Translations under genes and position numbers: made by a program | In this document: one piece after another, positions 28,001-37,750 of the stretch | How positions within the stretch are numbered: the first letter of the stretch is position 1 | Layout: every line of letters begins with the position of its first letter | Assembly (NCBI GenBank): GCA_965215195.1 | Contig: CBDCDC010000002.1 | Span: 4,480,001-4,544,000, forward strand | Origin: Candidatus Latescibacterota bacterium | GTDB lineage: Bacteria; Latescibacterota; UBA2968; UBA8231 | Direction of reading: 5' to 3' | Length of the DNA: 64,000 bases | Notes under the pieces: model-generated | Told to the model about the DNA's origin: nothing | Database searches by the model: none | The model's input: only the letters and a program-made list of their open reading frames with translations

Positions 28001-31000
28001 TTATGGCCGCTGAAGTTGTTCCTCCGCCCGCTGCCGAAACGCACTCCGCTCGGCTGTCTTGAGCGTATTCCAGATCAGTAGCTCTTTGCGGATCGCCTGC
28101 AAAAAGCTGCGATTGGCCCGGCGCCACGAATCGTTGTCGCCGCTGAGGCAGCGCAGATAGAACACTAGGCCGTAAATATCGGCTTGGTCCTCGGGGCGGA
28201 TGCACAGGACGGCGTGCTGGCTCACGCCCAAATCGAGCGGTGCCAGCCACACCCGGGCTTCGAGGGCGTAGGCCGTGCCTTGGGGCGTGGCAAAGGACTG
28301 GAGCAGAGTGCCCTCGGTGTAAAACGAGCCAATCGAAGCCTCGCCGTACGAGCCTAGGTAATCCAACAAAAAGCCGCACAGGCCCTTGGCCTCGGCCGCC
28401 GACACCAAGAAGGGAAAGCGGAATTCCCACTCGGCACCCACCGGCGGCTCGGGCTGCCAACGCCGCGCCAGATCGGGAACGGCCGTGCGGGCGGCCACCC
28501 GGGCCGGGTACACCGTGGATAGCAAGACCACGCCCATGACGATGAGCGCCGAAAACACAGCGGCTAAGGACGAATAGTTCAAATTGAGTCCGCCCAGCAT
28601 GTCCAAGTGGTTCAACACCAAGCCCGTCCCCTGGCCCCCCAAGTACCCCAGCGTAATCCCCAAGACCGCATAAGCGCAGGCTTCGGCAATGAACAGCAGG
28701 GCGATGTGGGACGGCGCCAGCCCCACGGCCGCGTAGATGCCAATGTCCTTGAGGCGCTCGTACACCGTCCCCAGCATGGTATTGAGGACGATGAAGGCGG
28801 CGATGAGCATGGGAACGATCAGCACTCCTAGGCCCTGTATGGCCGTCGCCCCAATTGACGAGTAAGCCCACACGTCAATGGTCGCGGCCGCGTCTGGCCG
28901 CAAACCCACGAACAGGCTGGCGGCCACCCGCAGCAGAAAATCCTCCACCAACCCTTGAGCCGCCCCAGCGCCTAGGCGCTCCCGATCAAAGGCAACGGCC
29001 ACCGAGCGCAACCGCCCCCCCAGTTGGCGGACGATCTCATAGGGCGCAATGAGCACGTTGTCCGGCAGTATGTGGACGTAGGGGCGGTACTGGGAGGCGG
29101 TGGCGGCTGTGCTCTGGTTGAGCTGAAAGGTGCTGCCGGCACTCCTCGACAGCTCAAAGTCAACGGGCGTCAGCGGGCCGTCGTCTAGGTCGCGGATGCG
29201 GTTAAAGGCCGCTGGATCGAACAAGCCTACCAAGGTCAGTTCTTTGCCCATCACCTGCACTTGAGCGCGGCCCAAGTCGCGGGCATCCAAGCCCAAGGCT
29301 TGGGCCATCGGCAAGGGCAGCAGACAACTGGCCTCGGTCGCGGCCGTGAAAAAGCGGCCGGCCATCAGGGCTTGGTCAACGCCGGTGATGCTGGTTTCTT
29401 GGGGACTCAGGCCGAGCAAGCCATAGGTCCTTACCAACTGGTGCCCGGCCGCCGCTTCGAGGTAAGTCTTTTTGTCCTCTTGCAAAATGAACCAATTGCG
29501 CGGGCTGATCGGGCCGAGCGCGGAAAAGTGGGAACGGATGTAATCCAGCATGGGCTGGCCCAAGGGATTCCAAGCCCGGTTGCGGACCAAGACGCCCTCG
29601 TACCCGCCCTCGTGCTCAAGGGGGAGCGCGATAAAGCGCGCCCGGCTCTCGTACGAGGCAAAGGAAAGCACCGTAAACGTCAGCAGCACTAGAGTCGTCA
29701 AGGTCAGGCCGGTGCGCAGTTTGCGCCGCCGCATGTTGGATATGCCCAGCATGAACGCGGCATGGGCCACGCTGAAACGCCGCATCTCAATGTGGTGGAT
29801 CCGGTCGCCGCGCTCCTTCATAAAACTGTTGAAGCGGCTGCTGATGAGAACGAGGACAAAACCAGCCATCGCCATGATGGCAAAGGCCAGCAGGATGACC
29901 AGCGGATGGGCGATGGCAAAGGCCGGATGCACTTGAGAAACCGCGAGCCAGACCACGGCCAATAACGCGCCAAAACCAGCTAATTGCCGCGTGATCTGCG
30001 CGGCCCCCAACAGCAAGCGCTCGCCCAAAAAAGCCGCGGGAATCAGCAGGGCCAAAAAGAATACCATGCCCTTTATGACGTCGTTTAAGGTGGCCATAGC
30101 TTGGGGATAGACCTCGTTTTCCAGCCCTAGCCCCACCCGCAGATGAGCCACGTAGCGGCTCCATTCTTTTTGCCGGGCGGCCTCTTGGGCCGCTTCGAGG
30201 ACTTGGGCGGTGCGCTGGTGCAGGTGCTGCAAGTACTGGTTTTCAATGGCGTGGTCGCGCATGGTCTGCAGCCGATCCTCGTCGAGACGCCACATATCCC
30301 AAGCGGCCTGCAACAGCGTCGGCACCAGCCGCTCTTTGGCGAGGGAAAAACCCTCGCCGTTGGGGCGGCTGCCCGGGATGCCGTTGTTGAGCAGCAGCAG
30401 TTGTCGGCCCGCCAGTATTTTGATGCGGTTTTGCGGCTCGTCGTCCTGCGGCCCAAACACCACCCCAACCGCTTCGTCGAGCCCGCTGCCCAGCGCATAG
30501 CCGAATTGGCGCGGAGCGGTGTCGTAGCGATTGAGCACCGAGATGCCGCTCAAGAAATTGAGCGAGCGCGGATTAATTAGGCCGTAAAAAGGGCGGCTCA
30601 GGCAGGGAAAAACCACCACCGCTTGTTCGGTGCGTGCCCACTGGACGGTGCTTGGGATGGACCCGTCGAGCAGCGGTGCCCCGTGGAAGCCTTGCGCCCT
30701 TTTGCTTAGGTCGGCCGCGTAGGTAATGGCGCCGCTGTGCGGGTCCAAGACGTAAACGTTGGTGCGGTATTGGGCTTGTGGCAGCCCGGTTATGAGCAAC
30801 TCGCCCTCGGCGTCGCTCAGATGGACTTGGGCCGTGCGCACCCCTTTGACGGCTTTGCCAGCGGTCGCCCATTGCGGCCGCACCACGGCCACGGCGTTGG
30901 CCACCGGCCGGTCCGGCGTTTGCGAGCGGCGCGGAAAAGTCCGCACCTTGAGGCGCAAGTCGCGCAAGCGGTCCTGCAACACCGGCCCAAAAGCCGCTTT

Positions 31001-32335
31001 CTCCGCCAACAATTGCCGATCGTTTAGAGCCTGTTGCAGCACGCCGTTTAGCAAGGCGACTTGGCGCGCCAGATTGCCGTAGTTGACTGCGGCCGGTCGG
31101 TCCAGCGGCGAATCGATCTGCAGGCGGGCGTCGTTGACGGTGATCAAGCCCAAGGCAATCAAGCCGCTTTCGAGGGCGAGTTGGCTGTCGGCGACTAGGC
31201 CGCCGGGCATGTACGCGGACCATTCCATGCCCTTGATGGGGGTGATGCCGTTGACCAAGCTGCCGACTGCGGTCGAGTCTAGGGTGCTGGCGTAGCGGCT
31301 GAAGCGGCGACCGAATGGGGCGAAAAAGCGCCGCAACTCGGGCTTGGCGGTATTGTTCCAGATGCCGACTTGATCGGTGCGGCTCGACAGATCGAGGCCG
31401 ATGAACAGGTCTAGGCGGCCGGCGTGGCGCGCGAGAAAGGCGGCTATGCCTTGGCGGCCTTGGAAATGGGCCGAGGTTGCCACTAGCATGGTGGTACGCG
31501 CGGGTGGATGGACCGCGAGGTGGCGGGCCAATTCCAATAAGGCGGCCATGCCGCAGGCCGTCTCAGCACTGGGTGCCCGGCCCGGCACCACGGAAATGCC
31601 GTCGTAGTACGCTTGGATGGCGACGCGCTCGGCCGCCAGCTCGGGATCGGCGCCCGGGATCACGCCCCAGATATTCCACGCCGTCCGCCGTTGCCAGTCC
31701 ATGCGGCCCTGCAAGTGTACCCATAGCTCGCCGGCCCGCAGGTGCTGGCGCAGCATGAGGCCGGCTTCGCGCTCAATCCAGAAGCGGGGAATAGCGAGCG
31801 GCACGTGGGCGTATTTGGCCGCGGCTTGGTGGCGATTGGCCTGCTCGGGCGCGATAAATACCACGGCCCGGGCCCCCAGCGACGCGGCGCGCAGCCAGTG
31901 GTTCCAGCTATCAAATTCCAGCAGCACAATGCGCCCGTCCATGGCGTGGCCATCGAAATCGCGCCACTCGCCCCGACCGCCGTAGATCATCGGCGTGCGC
32001 AGCCCCTCTGGCGGCAGGGTGACCGTCCGCGCTAGATTGGGCCACAGGCCCCACAGCGGCACCTGCTCCCCGCTCGGCTCCAGGTGCAGGCGCCCGCCGC
32101 GATCTATGGGCACCACCACGGCAAACGAGTCGCGCCGCACCGCTTCGACGCCCGCCGCGACCAATTCGCGCTCCACCAACGCGGCCCCTGCTTCGGCACC
32201 CGGGTAGCCAGCCAAGCGCGATTCGACCGCGCTCAGGGCTTCGATGGTGGCGCGCAAAGCAGCCACCGCACCGTAGCAAGGCGTTTGCAACAGCCCCAAC
32301 CAGAGTGCGAGATATAGCCATCCTAAGTTATTCAT
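28001..32335 (-). CDS. 1444-aa membrane protein: degenerate M28-peptidase-like domain fused to a MacB/FtsX-like permease
   Basis: Signal peptide; NIWGVIPG..QAYYD; GISNMRRRKLRTGLTL; NTMLGTVYERLKDIGIYAAVGL..PARVAA FtsX signature. Confidence 0.75.
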   Translation of the reverse strand: MNNLGWLYLALWLGLLQTPCYGAVAALRATIEALSAVESRLAGYPGAEAGAALVERELVAAGVEAVRRDSFAVVVPIDRGGRLHLEPSGEQVPLWGLWPNLARTVTLPPEGLRTPMIYGGRGEWRDFDGHAMDGRIVLLEFDSWNHWLRAASLGARAVVFIAPEQANRHQAAAKYAHVPLAIPRFWIEREAGLMLRQHLRAGELWVHLQGRMDWQRRTAWNIWGVIPGADPELAAERVAIQAYYDGISVVPGRAPSAETACGMAALLELARHLAVHPPARTTMLVATSAHFQGRQGIAAFLARHAGRLDLFIGLDLSSRTDQVGIWNNTAKPELRRFFAPFGRRFSRYASTLDSTAVGSLVNGITPIKGMEWSAYMPGGLVADSQLALESGLIALGLITVNDARLQIDSPLDRPAAVNYGNLARQVALLNGVLQQALNDRQLLAEKAAFGPVLQDRLRDLRLKVRTFPRRSQTPDRPVANAVAVVRPQWATAGKAVKGVRTAQVHLSDAEGELLITGLPQAQYRTNVYVLDPHSGAITYAADLSKRAQGFHGAPLLDGSIPSTVQWARTEQAVVVFPCLSRPFYGLINPRSLNFLSGISVLNRYDTAPRQFGYALGSGLDEAVGVVFGPQDDEPQNRIKILAGRQLLLLNNGIPGSRPNGEGFSLAKERLVPTLLQAAWDMWRLDEDRLQTMRDHAIENQYLQHLHQRTAQVLEAAQEAARQKEWSRYVAHLRVGLGLENEVYPQAMATLNDVIKGMVFFLALLIPAAFLGERLLLGAAQITRQLAGFGALLAVVWLAVSQVHPAFAIAHPLVILLAFAIMAMAGFVLVLISSRFNSFMKERGDRIHHIEMRRFSVAHAAFMLGISNMRRRKLRTGLTLTTLVLLTFTVLSFASYESRARFIALPLEHEGGYEGVLVRNRAWNPLGQPMLDYIRSHFSALGPISPRNWFILQEDKKTYLEAAAGHQLVRTYGLLGLSPQETSITGVDQALMAGRFFTAATEASCLLPLPMAQALGLDARDLGRAQVQVMGKELTLVGLFDPAAFNRIRDLDDGPLTPVDFELSRSAGSTFQLNQSTAATASQYRPYVHILPDNVLIAPYEIVRQLGGRLRSVAVAFDRERLGAGAAQGLVEDFLLRVAASLFVGLRPDAAATIDVWAYSSIGATAIQGLGVLIVPMLIAAFIVLNTMLGTVYERLKDIGIYAAVGLAPSHIALLFIAEACAYAVLGITLGYLGGQGTGLVLNHLDMLGGLNLNYSSLAAVFSALIVMGVVLLSTVYPARVAARTAVPDLARRWQPEPPVGAEWEFRFPFLVSAAEAKGLCGFLLDYLGSYGEASIGSFYTEGTLLQSFATPQGTAYALEARVWLAPLDLGVSQHAVLCIRPEDQADIYGLVFYLRCLSGDNDSWRRANRSFLQAIRKELLIWNTLKTAERSAFRQRAEEQLQRP

Positions 32336-32350
32336 AGTAAGCCCGTCGTT

Positions 32351-32375
32351 TAGGCCAGCGTGGAAGGCTGGCCTA
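32351..32375. repeat. Intergenic 9-bp hairpin
   Basis: TAGGCCAGC-gtggaag-GCTGGCCTA. Confidence 0.45.
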
Positions 32376-32391
32376 TGGGATCAATGGCTAT

Positions 32392-34470
32392 TCACCCCCA
32401 GAAAATCACATTGCCGACCGTGCCGGAAAAGTGGTCGATGACGAGGAAGAGGCCGCCCGGCAGCAGTTGTCCTAAAATCAGGCCCATAAAAAACGGCCTA
32501 GTCTGGTGGTAGCGGTCGGCGCCGCCGTACTTGAGCACCAAGACTTTGATAAACCAAGCCAAGAACATATTGAACCACAGGTGATCCATAATCCAAGTCG
32601 GCCCAATGGGATAGCCCAAAGGGTGCAGAGGCCACCAAGCGTAGTGCCAGCGAGCCACGGTCAAGCCCAGCATGATGGCCGCGCCCAAGCCCATGTTGAT
32701 CCAGCCCCATAGATGCGGCTCGCTCGGATAGCGGAGTAGGCTCTGGACGTAGCGATAGGGCGCTTCGCGGCTAACCGTGCCCCGCAGGTTGAGGTTGCCG
32801 TGCTCGTAGCTCAACTCCAAGATCATATAGGTCGAAGCCGCTAGCGCCACGGCTATGGCCCCGACCATGGCCCAGAACAAAGGCCGCCGCCCTCGGCCCA
32901 ATTCCCCGCCCAGCTTCAGGCTGTTGGCGCAGGAGGCCATGACAAAGCTGCGGACATTGGCCGTCCAGATATAGGTGCTCGCCAGCAAGACCAAGCCCGG
33001 TGCCCCCAGCGCCGACGAGCCTACCGCGGAGATGAGGATGCCGGCCGGCACCACGGGCGGAGCCCCGTCGGACAGGCCGCCTTCGGCCACGATCCGGGTG
33101 AAGGCGACAAAGAGGGCACCGGCCAGAAAGAGCAGGGCTGTGCTGGCCCACAGCGGCAATCCAGCCAGCCACAGCCAGCCGAGCATGATCGCCGTGCCGC
33201 AGACGAGGAGGGCCACGGCCGCCCGATACGACACTATTTCTTCGGCGTCATCAATGGCCGGGTCGCCGGACCACGCCTTGCGCCAGACCGCGGTTAGATG
33301 TCGGCGGCCGGCCCACAAGCCGCCGAGGAACAGGACCAGCATCGCGCCCATGGCGTGATAGACCTGAAGCGTGTGCGGGATGCCGTGGCCACTGCCCAAG
33401 CTGGGCGCATTGCCTACGCCGAGAATGGAGAAAGCACCGCGCATGATATTGGCCACTAGATTGAAAACCCACAGGCTGAGCGCGACTTCGGTCTTGAGGA
33501 AGTAGAAAAAACCGAGGATGTGGAAGCGGAAGATGATATACAGCTTAGAGGTGCCGCGCATGATCGACAGTTCTTGGTGGAACAGATCAACGCCGCGGGC
33601 GAAATGCACGCCTTCCGGGAAATACGCGTACAGGCCGTGCAGTGTGCTCCACGTGGCGGCGAGGGCAAAGCCGATCCACATCCCCCGATTCTTGAAAAAA
33701 GGCGGCCAGCGCTCGTTGGCCGCCCCCATTGCGGTCATGGCCAGCGGCACTTGCACCAGCGGATAGACGAGGCGCTCGTTGTCGATCCACTGCCGCCGCA
33801 GCACGACCATGCTGGCGATCATCACCAAGAAGAGGGACCAGATAAAGGGCTGCCAAGCGGCCAGCGCCAGCAGCCAGGCCTTCCACGGCACCGCGTAGGC
33901 GGCCCCCATTCCCTCAAAGAAAAACTGGGCCTCGCCGAGCTGGCGCGGCATCATCCAGTGGGGGATGTGGGGGTGGATGAGGCCCTGCCAATCGTTTTCG
34001 GGCGTGGCAAAGTAAAAGGGGGCGGCGAGCTGGCTGATAATCCGCGAGGTAAAAACGATGGGGATGGGCGAGGCCATCACCATCATTATATATACCAGCA
34101 GCAATTCGCCGCGGCGCAAACCCTGCGTCCCGCCCAGCTTGAGCAGGGGATTGACCAGCCCGGTCAGCAGGGACAGCAGGCAAACCGCCCCCACCGTGCT
34201 AAAGCCCAAGGCCATGTAGGAGCCTTGCAGGTACAGGGTGCTATAGGCTATGCCGCCGCCGATGAAAGCGGCCAAAAAGGTGCCTAGGGCAAAGGCCCGG
34301 AGCGTAAAGGCCGAGCCGACCTCTTCTGCGGCCGGCTCCGGCTCGGGCGGCCCTAAGTCCAGCCGCGAGCGAAAGGCGGCCGGCAGCAGGCCCCGGCCGA
34401 CCCTTCCCGACGGCTCGGTCTGGTCGTCGCTCTTTCGAGGGTCAGGTGGGGTAGCGCCGGTCGCCGGCAT
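32392..34470 (-). CDS. Polytopic membrane protein, DUF6785/DUF6784-type (OPT-transporter-like)
   Basis: Many TMs; RRQWIDNERLVYPL, RIVAEGG, WWPLHPLGY, KYGG...PFFMGLILG. Confidence 0.7.
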   Translation of the reverse strand: MPATGATPPDPRKSDDQTEPSGRVGRGLLPAAFRSRLDLGPPEPEPAAEEVGSAFTLRAFALGTFLAAFIGGGIAYSTLYLQGSYMALGFSTVGAVCLLSLLTGLVNPLLKLGGTQGLRRGELLLVYIMMVMASPIPIVFTSRIISQLAAPFYFATPENDWQGLIHPHIPHWMMPRQLGEAQFFFEGMGAAYAVPWKAWLLALAAWQPFIWSLFLVMIASMVVLRRQWIDNERLVYPLVQVPLAMTAMGAANERWPPFFKNRGMWIGFALAATWSTLHGLYAYFPEGVHFARGVDLFHQELSIMRGTSKLYIIFRFHILGFFYFLKTEVALSLWVFNLVANIMRGAFSILGVGNAPSLGSGHGIPHTLQVYHAMGAMLVLFLGGLWAGRRHLTAVWRKAWSGDPAIDDAEEIVSYRAAVALLVCGTAIMLGWLWLAGLPLWASTALLFLAGALFVAFTRIVAEGGLSDGAPPVVPAGILISAVGSSALGAPGLVLLASTYIWTANVRSFVMASCANSLKLGGELGRGRRPLFWAMVGAIAVALAASTYMILELSYEHGNLNLRGTVSREAPYRYVQSLLRYPSEPHLWGWINMGLGAAIMLGLTVARWHYAWWPLHPLGYPIGPTWIMDHLWFNMFLAWFIKVLVLKYGGADRYHQTRPFFMGLILGQLLPGGLFLVIDHFSGTVGNVIFWG

Positions 34471-34574
34471 CGTGGTTGGTGGTTAGTGGCCTGGACTAAC
34501 CACTGGCCCCTGTAGTTCGGCGAGGGCGCACATATCTTCGAGCAGAGCGAGCAATCGGCGCTCGGTAGGCGGGA

Positions 34575-34890
34575 CGGTGTAGTAGCGGCTGATCCGGGGA
34601 AAGGGGATTGGGGACCCGTTTTGGCCAGTCCATTTCTTCGAGCGGAACGGCCCCCAGCAATGGTTGAGTGCCACGCGGCAATTCAAGGGCCCTGACCTGA
34701 CATACTCGTCCCTGAACCATGCCTAAGACGCGGCATGCGCGCTGGCCCCCAATTCTTCGAGCTTGAGCAGGTCAATGAGTTCAGCGGCACCGGAATTGAC
34801 TAGCATGTCACAGGAGACTTCTCCCGGCGGTAGAAACCGATTCTGCCAGTTCCTCACTTTGGCGGGAACGCGAAAGATGCCCAATAGATT
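34575..34890 (-). pseudogene. Degraded clan AA aspartic protease
   Basis: LGIFRVPAKVRNW...MLVNSGAAEL (Asn where the catalytic Asp is expected), continuing in another frame as VQGRVCQVRALELPRGTQPLLGAVPLEEMDW...PNP. Confidence 0.6.
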
Positions 34891-35067
34891 ATCCTCCGTA
34901 TTTGGATTTTCAGCTAAAACAAAGTATAGATTATGAATACCTTTGTGCCGCGCAAGGTCGGCTCTGTCTGGACCCCGTTGCCCCTCGGTTTCTACGACGG
35001 GCAGCGCGGCGGCAGTGCCTGTAATGCATGCCAATGAAGGAGAACCGACCATGGCTGCCAAGCAACT

Positions 35068-36021
35068 ATGACGCTCAGCATTCAACCCAAGTCGCTCCGC
35101 CCACTGCGGTGCTGGATTCCGCTGGCAGCTCTACTGACAGCTATCCCTACCCCACTACACGCCGGCGCTTGGACGCAGGCCCCGGGCGGATTGTACTGCA
35201 AAATCGCCGGACTTTCCTTCCACTCCCAAGAATATCTCGACGCCGCCGGCGAGCGGCAGGTTCGAGCGGCAAAACCCAGCGTGGAGGAATTGAGCGATAG
35301 GAATATATCGGCGTACCTCGAATATGGTTTGCTGGAGCGCTTGACCTTGGTGGCCACCCTGCCCTATAAGCGGTTGGTGTACAAGAAGACTGAAGTGAAG
35401 GTGTTCAAAAGCGACGTGCTCGATACCACCATAACCCGCGTACATCCCGACGAAATCCGCACAGGTCTGGCCGATTTGGAACTGCGCCTGCGCTGGCGCT
35501 TGCTGCTCAATCCGGCGGTGGTTTCCCTCGCGCTGGGGGGCAAATTCCCCTTGGGCTACGACGTGGATCAAGACGGCAACGGCGTCCTAGGGACGTTGGG
35601 GCCGAGTCCAGTCGATGGAGCCAGCAAGGTCCCCTTGGGCACGGGCGCGCACGATGTCGACATGCGCCTGTTGGTGGGCAGATCGCTGTATCCGTTCCCG
35701 GGCTACTTGACGAGTGCGGTCGGCTATCGCCAGCGAGGCGGGGCCTTCAGCAATGAATTCTTCTATGGCTTCGAGGCCGGTGTCACTTATAAACGCCTGC
35801 TAGTCAAGGGCGTGGTAGAAGGGATGCACACTACGGGCGACTGCGGTGCCATGGGACGAGGCGGTCTCGTCGGCGATCAAGACATCCTCAAGGTGGCCCC
35901 GGGGTTGATCTGGTCGCTCAGTAAGCATCTAGAAATCGGCGTCGATCTATTCCACATCGCGGCTGGCTGCAATACCGCAGCGGGCACGACCTATGCCGTG
36001 GGGCTGGCTTTCAAGCGCTAG
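35068..36021 (+). CDS. Secreted/outer-membrane beta-barrel-like hypothetical protein
   Basis: Signal peptide then AWTQAPG; YLEYGL; GLADLEL; LGTGAHD. Confidence 0.6.
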   Translation: MTLSIQPKSLRPLRCWIPLAALLTAIPTPLHAGAWTQAPGGLYCKIAGLSFHSQEYLDAAGERQVRAAKPSVEELSDRNISAYLEYGLLERLTLVATLPYKRLVYKKTEVKVFKSDVLDTTITRVHPDEIRTGLADLELRLRWRLLLNPAVVSLALGGKFPLGYDVDQDGNGVLGTLGPSPVDGASKVPLGTGAHDVDMRLLVGRSLYPFPGYLTSAVGYRQRGGAFSNEFFYGFEAGVTYKRLLVKGVVEGMHTTGDCGAMGRGGLVGDQDILKVAPGLIWSLSKHLEIGVDLFHIAAGCNTAAGTTYAVGLAFKR

Positions 36022-36086
36022 AAAAATCGCGGCTGCCGATCCGATCCGTTATATTTTGCTCGTCCAACCATTACAAGGAGGCTGTG

Positions 36087-37079
36087 ATGTCGCGCAAAAA
36101 ATGGGAGCTCCCCCAGCGTCAGGTCACCGACGAAGACGTCTATCTCAACCGCCGCAAGTTCATCCGGCGGGCCGGCTTGGGCACCATCGGCCTGCTTGCC
36201 GGATGCATCCCAGAAAAGCTCCTCAATCCAGCAACGCTCGTCGATCCAACGAAATACGTCAGTCCCACGCGCATTGAGCCAACCCCGCCGTCAGAGTGGT
36301 ATCCGGCTCCCACAAACGATGCTTTTTCCACGCTCGACCGGCCGCTCACCGACGAGTTGGTAGCGGGCCTGTACAACAACTTCTACGAATTCTCCACCAC
36401 CAAGGAGGTGTGGCGTTTCATAGACAATTTTGAACCGGCCCCTTGGAGCGTGGAAATAGGCGGCCTAGTGCAGCAGCCCAAGACCTACGATATCGACGCC
36501 CTAATCGGCACAATGGATTTAGAAGAGCGCCTCTACCGCCACCGCTGCGTCGAGGCTTGGTCCATGGCCATACCGTGGACGGGCTTTCCCATGCGGGCGC
36601 TCATCGACTTGGTGCAACCGCTGTCATCGGCCCGCTACGTGCGCATGATCTCCTTCTTCAATCCCGAGGTGGCGCCCGGGCAATGGGACCGATCCGATTG
36701 GCCTTGGCCCTATACCGAGGGCCTGACCATGGCCGAAGCGACGAATGAGTTGACTTTGCTGGTAACGGGCATCTACGGCCACGCCTTGCCCAAGCAACAC
36801 GGTGCTCCCCTGCGCTTGGTGACGCCCTGGAAATACGGCTATAAGGGCCTCAAGTCGATTACCAAAATCGAATTCACCAGCGAACAGCCGGCCACCTTTT
36901 GGAATACCCTAGTGCCACGCGAGTACGGCTTTTTCTCCAACGTCGAGCCAGACGTTCCCCATCCCCGCTGGTCGCAAGCTACCGAGCGCTTCATCACTAC
37001 CGACCCGAACGCGCCCGAACGACGCGAGACCCTCCCCTACAACGGCTACGCAGAGTACGTCGCCCATTTGTACGAGTGA
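36087..37079 (+). CDS. msrP: Protein-methionine-sulfoxide reductase catalytic subunit
   Basis: Tat motif NRRKF; YNNFYEF; RHRCVEAWSM; GAPLRLVTPWKYGYK; HPRWSQATER. Confidence 0.93.
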   Translation: MSRKKWELPQRQVTDEDVYLNRRKFIRRAGLGTIGLLAGCIPEKLLNPATLVDPTKYVSPTRIEPTPPSEWYPAPTNDAFSTLDRPLTDELVAGLYNNFYEFSTTKEVWRFIDNFEPAPWSVEIGGLVQQPKTYDIDALIGTMDLEERLYRHRCVEAWSMAIPWTGFPMRALIDLVQPLSSARYVRMISFFNPEVAPGQWDRSDWPWPYTEGLTMAEATNELTLLVTGIYGHALPKQHGAPLRLVTPWKYGYKGLKSITKIEFTSEQPATFWNTLVPREYGFFSNVEPDVPHPRWSQATERFITTDPNAPERRETLPYNGYAEYVAHLYE

Positions 37080-37084
37080 CCCTT

Positions 37085-37744
37085 ATGCGCCAACTCCTCT
37101 GCCTCGGCCTACTTATTGCGCCGCTCGCCGCCCAGCAAGAGGCCCTGCGCGGCACTTGGGAGGGCACTATCGTCGATGAGCAAATAGGCGAGATTACCAT
37201 GCGCCTGACCTTTGCGGCGGATGGTGCCTTTGCGATCGACCAAATCATTCAGGTGAGGGACGACTTCCTAGCCGATGTCCAAGTCCCGCAACCACCCACC
37301 ATGGAGACGATTGTCGCCCGCGGCACCGGCACCTATGGAATTTTGGGCGACAGTCTCGTGCTCGCTATAGCCACATTAGACCTGTCCGTCGATGGCGAGG
37401 ACTTCGGCGAATTTTTCACCCAAGTGGCCCGAGACTTCGCCCGTTATGTAGCGGACTCGCACGAAATTCCCGAAGAGAACTACCCGGCTTTTGAACGAGA
37501 ATTTATCGACGCGTTTTTCGCCGAACTCGACGAGGTTGAGTTCCTCGCTATACTCAACGAGGGAGGGATTAGCACGTATACCATTGAGGGGGACACCCTG
37601 TTCCTCACTACTGCGAAGGAGACCGGGGTCGAAACTTGGGAATTCCACCGCATGGATGACTCCAGCGCGGTCGCCGAAACCACTTGGGGCCGCTTGAAAG
37701 CTCTGGCTAGCGCTAAAACGCACCAACCCTCGCAGCAGAACTAG
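37085..37744 (+). CDS. Secreted hypothetical protein with C-terminal SAVAETTWGRLK motif
   Basis: MRQLLCLGLLIAPLAAQ signal peptide; acidic beta-rich body. Confidence 0.7.
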   Translation: MRQLLCLGLLIAPLAAQQEALRGTWEGTIVDEQIGEITMRLTFAADGAFAIDQIIQVRDDFLADVQVPQPPTMETIVARGTGTYGILGDSLVLAIATLDLSVDGEDFGEFFTQVARDFARYVADSHEIPEENYPAFEREFIDAFFAELDEVEFLAILNEGGISTYTIEGDTLFLTTAKETGVETWEFHRMDDSSAVAETTWGRLKALASAKTHQPSQQN

Positions 37745-37750
37745 GTCCCG

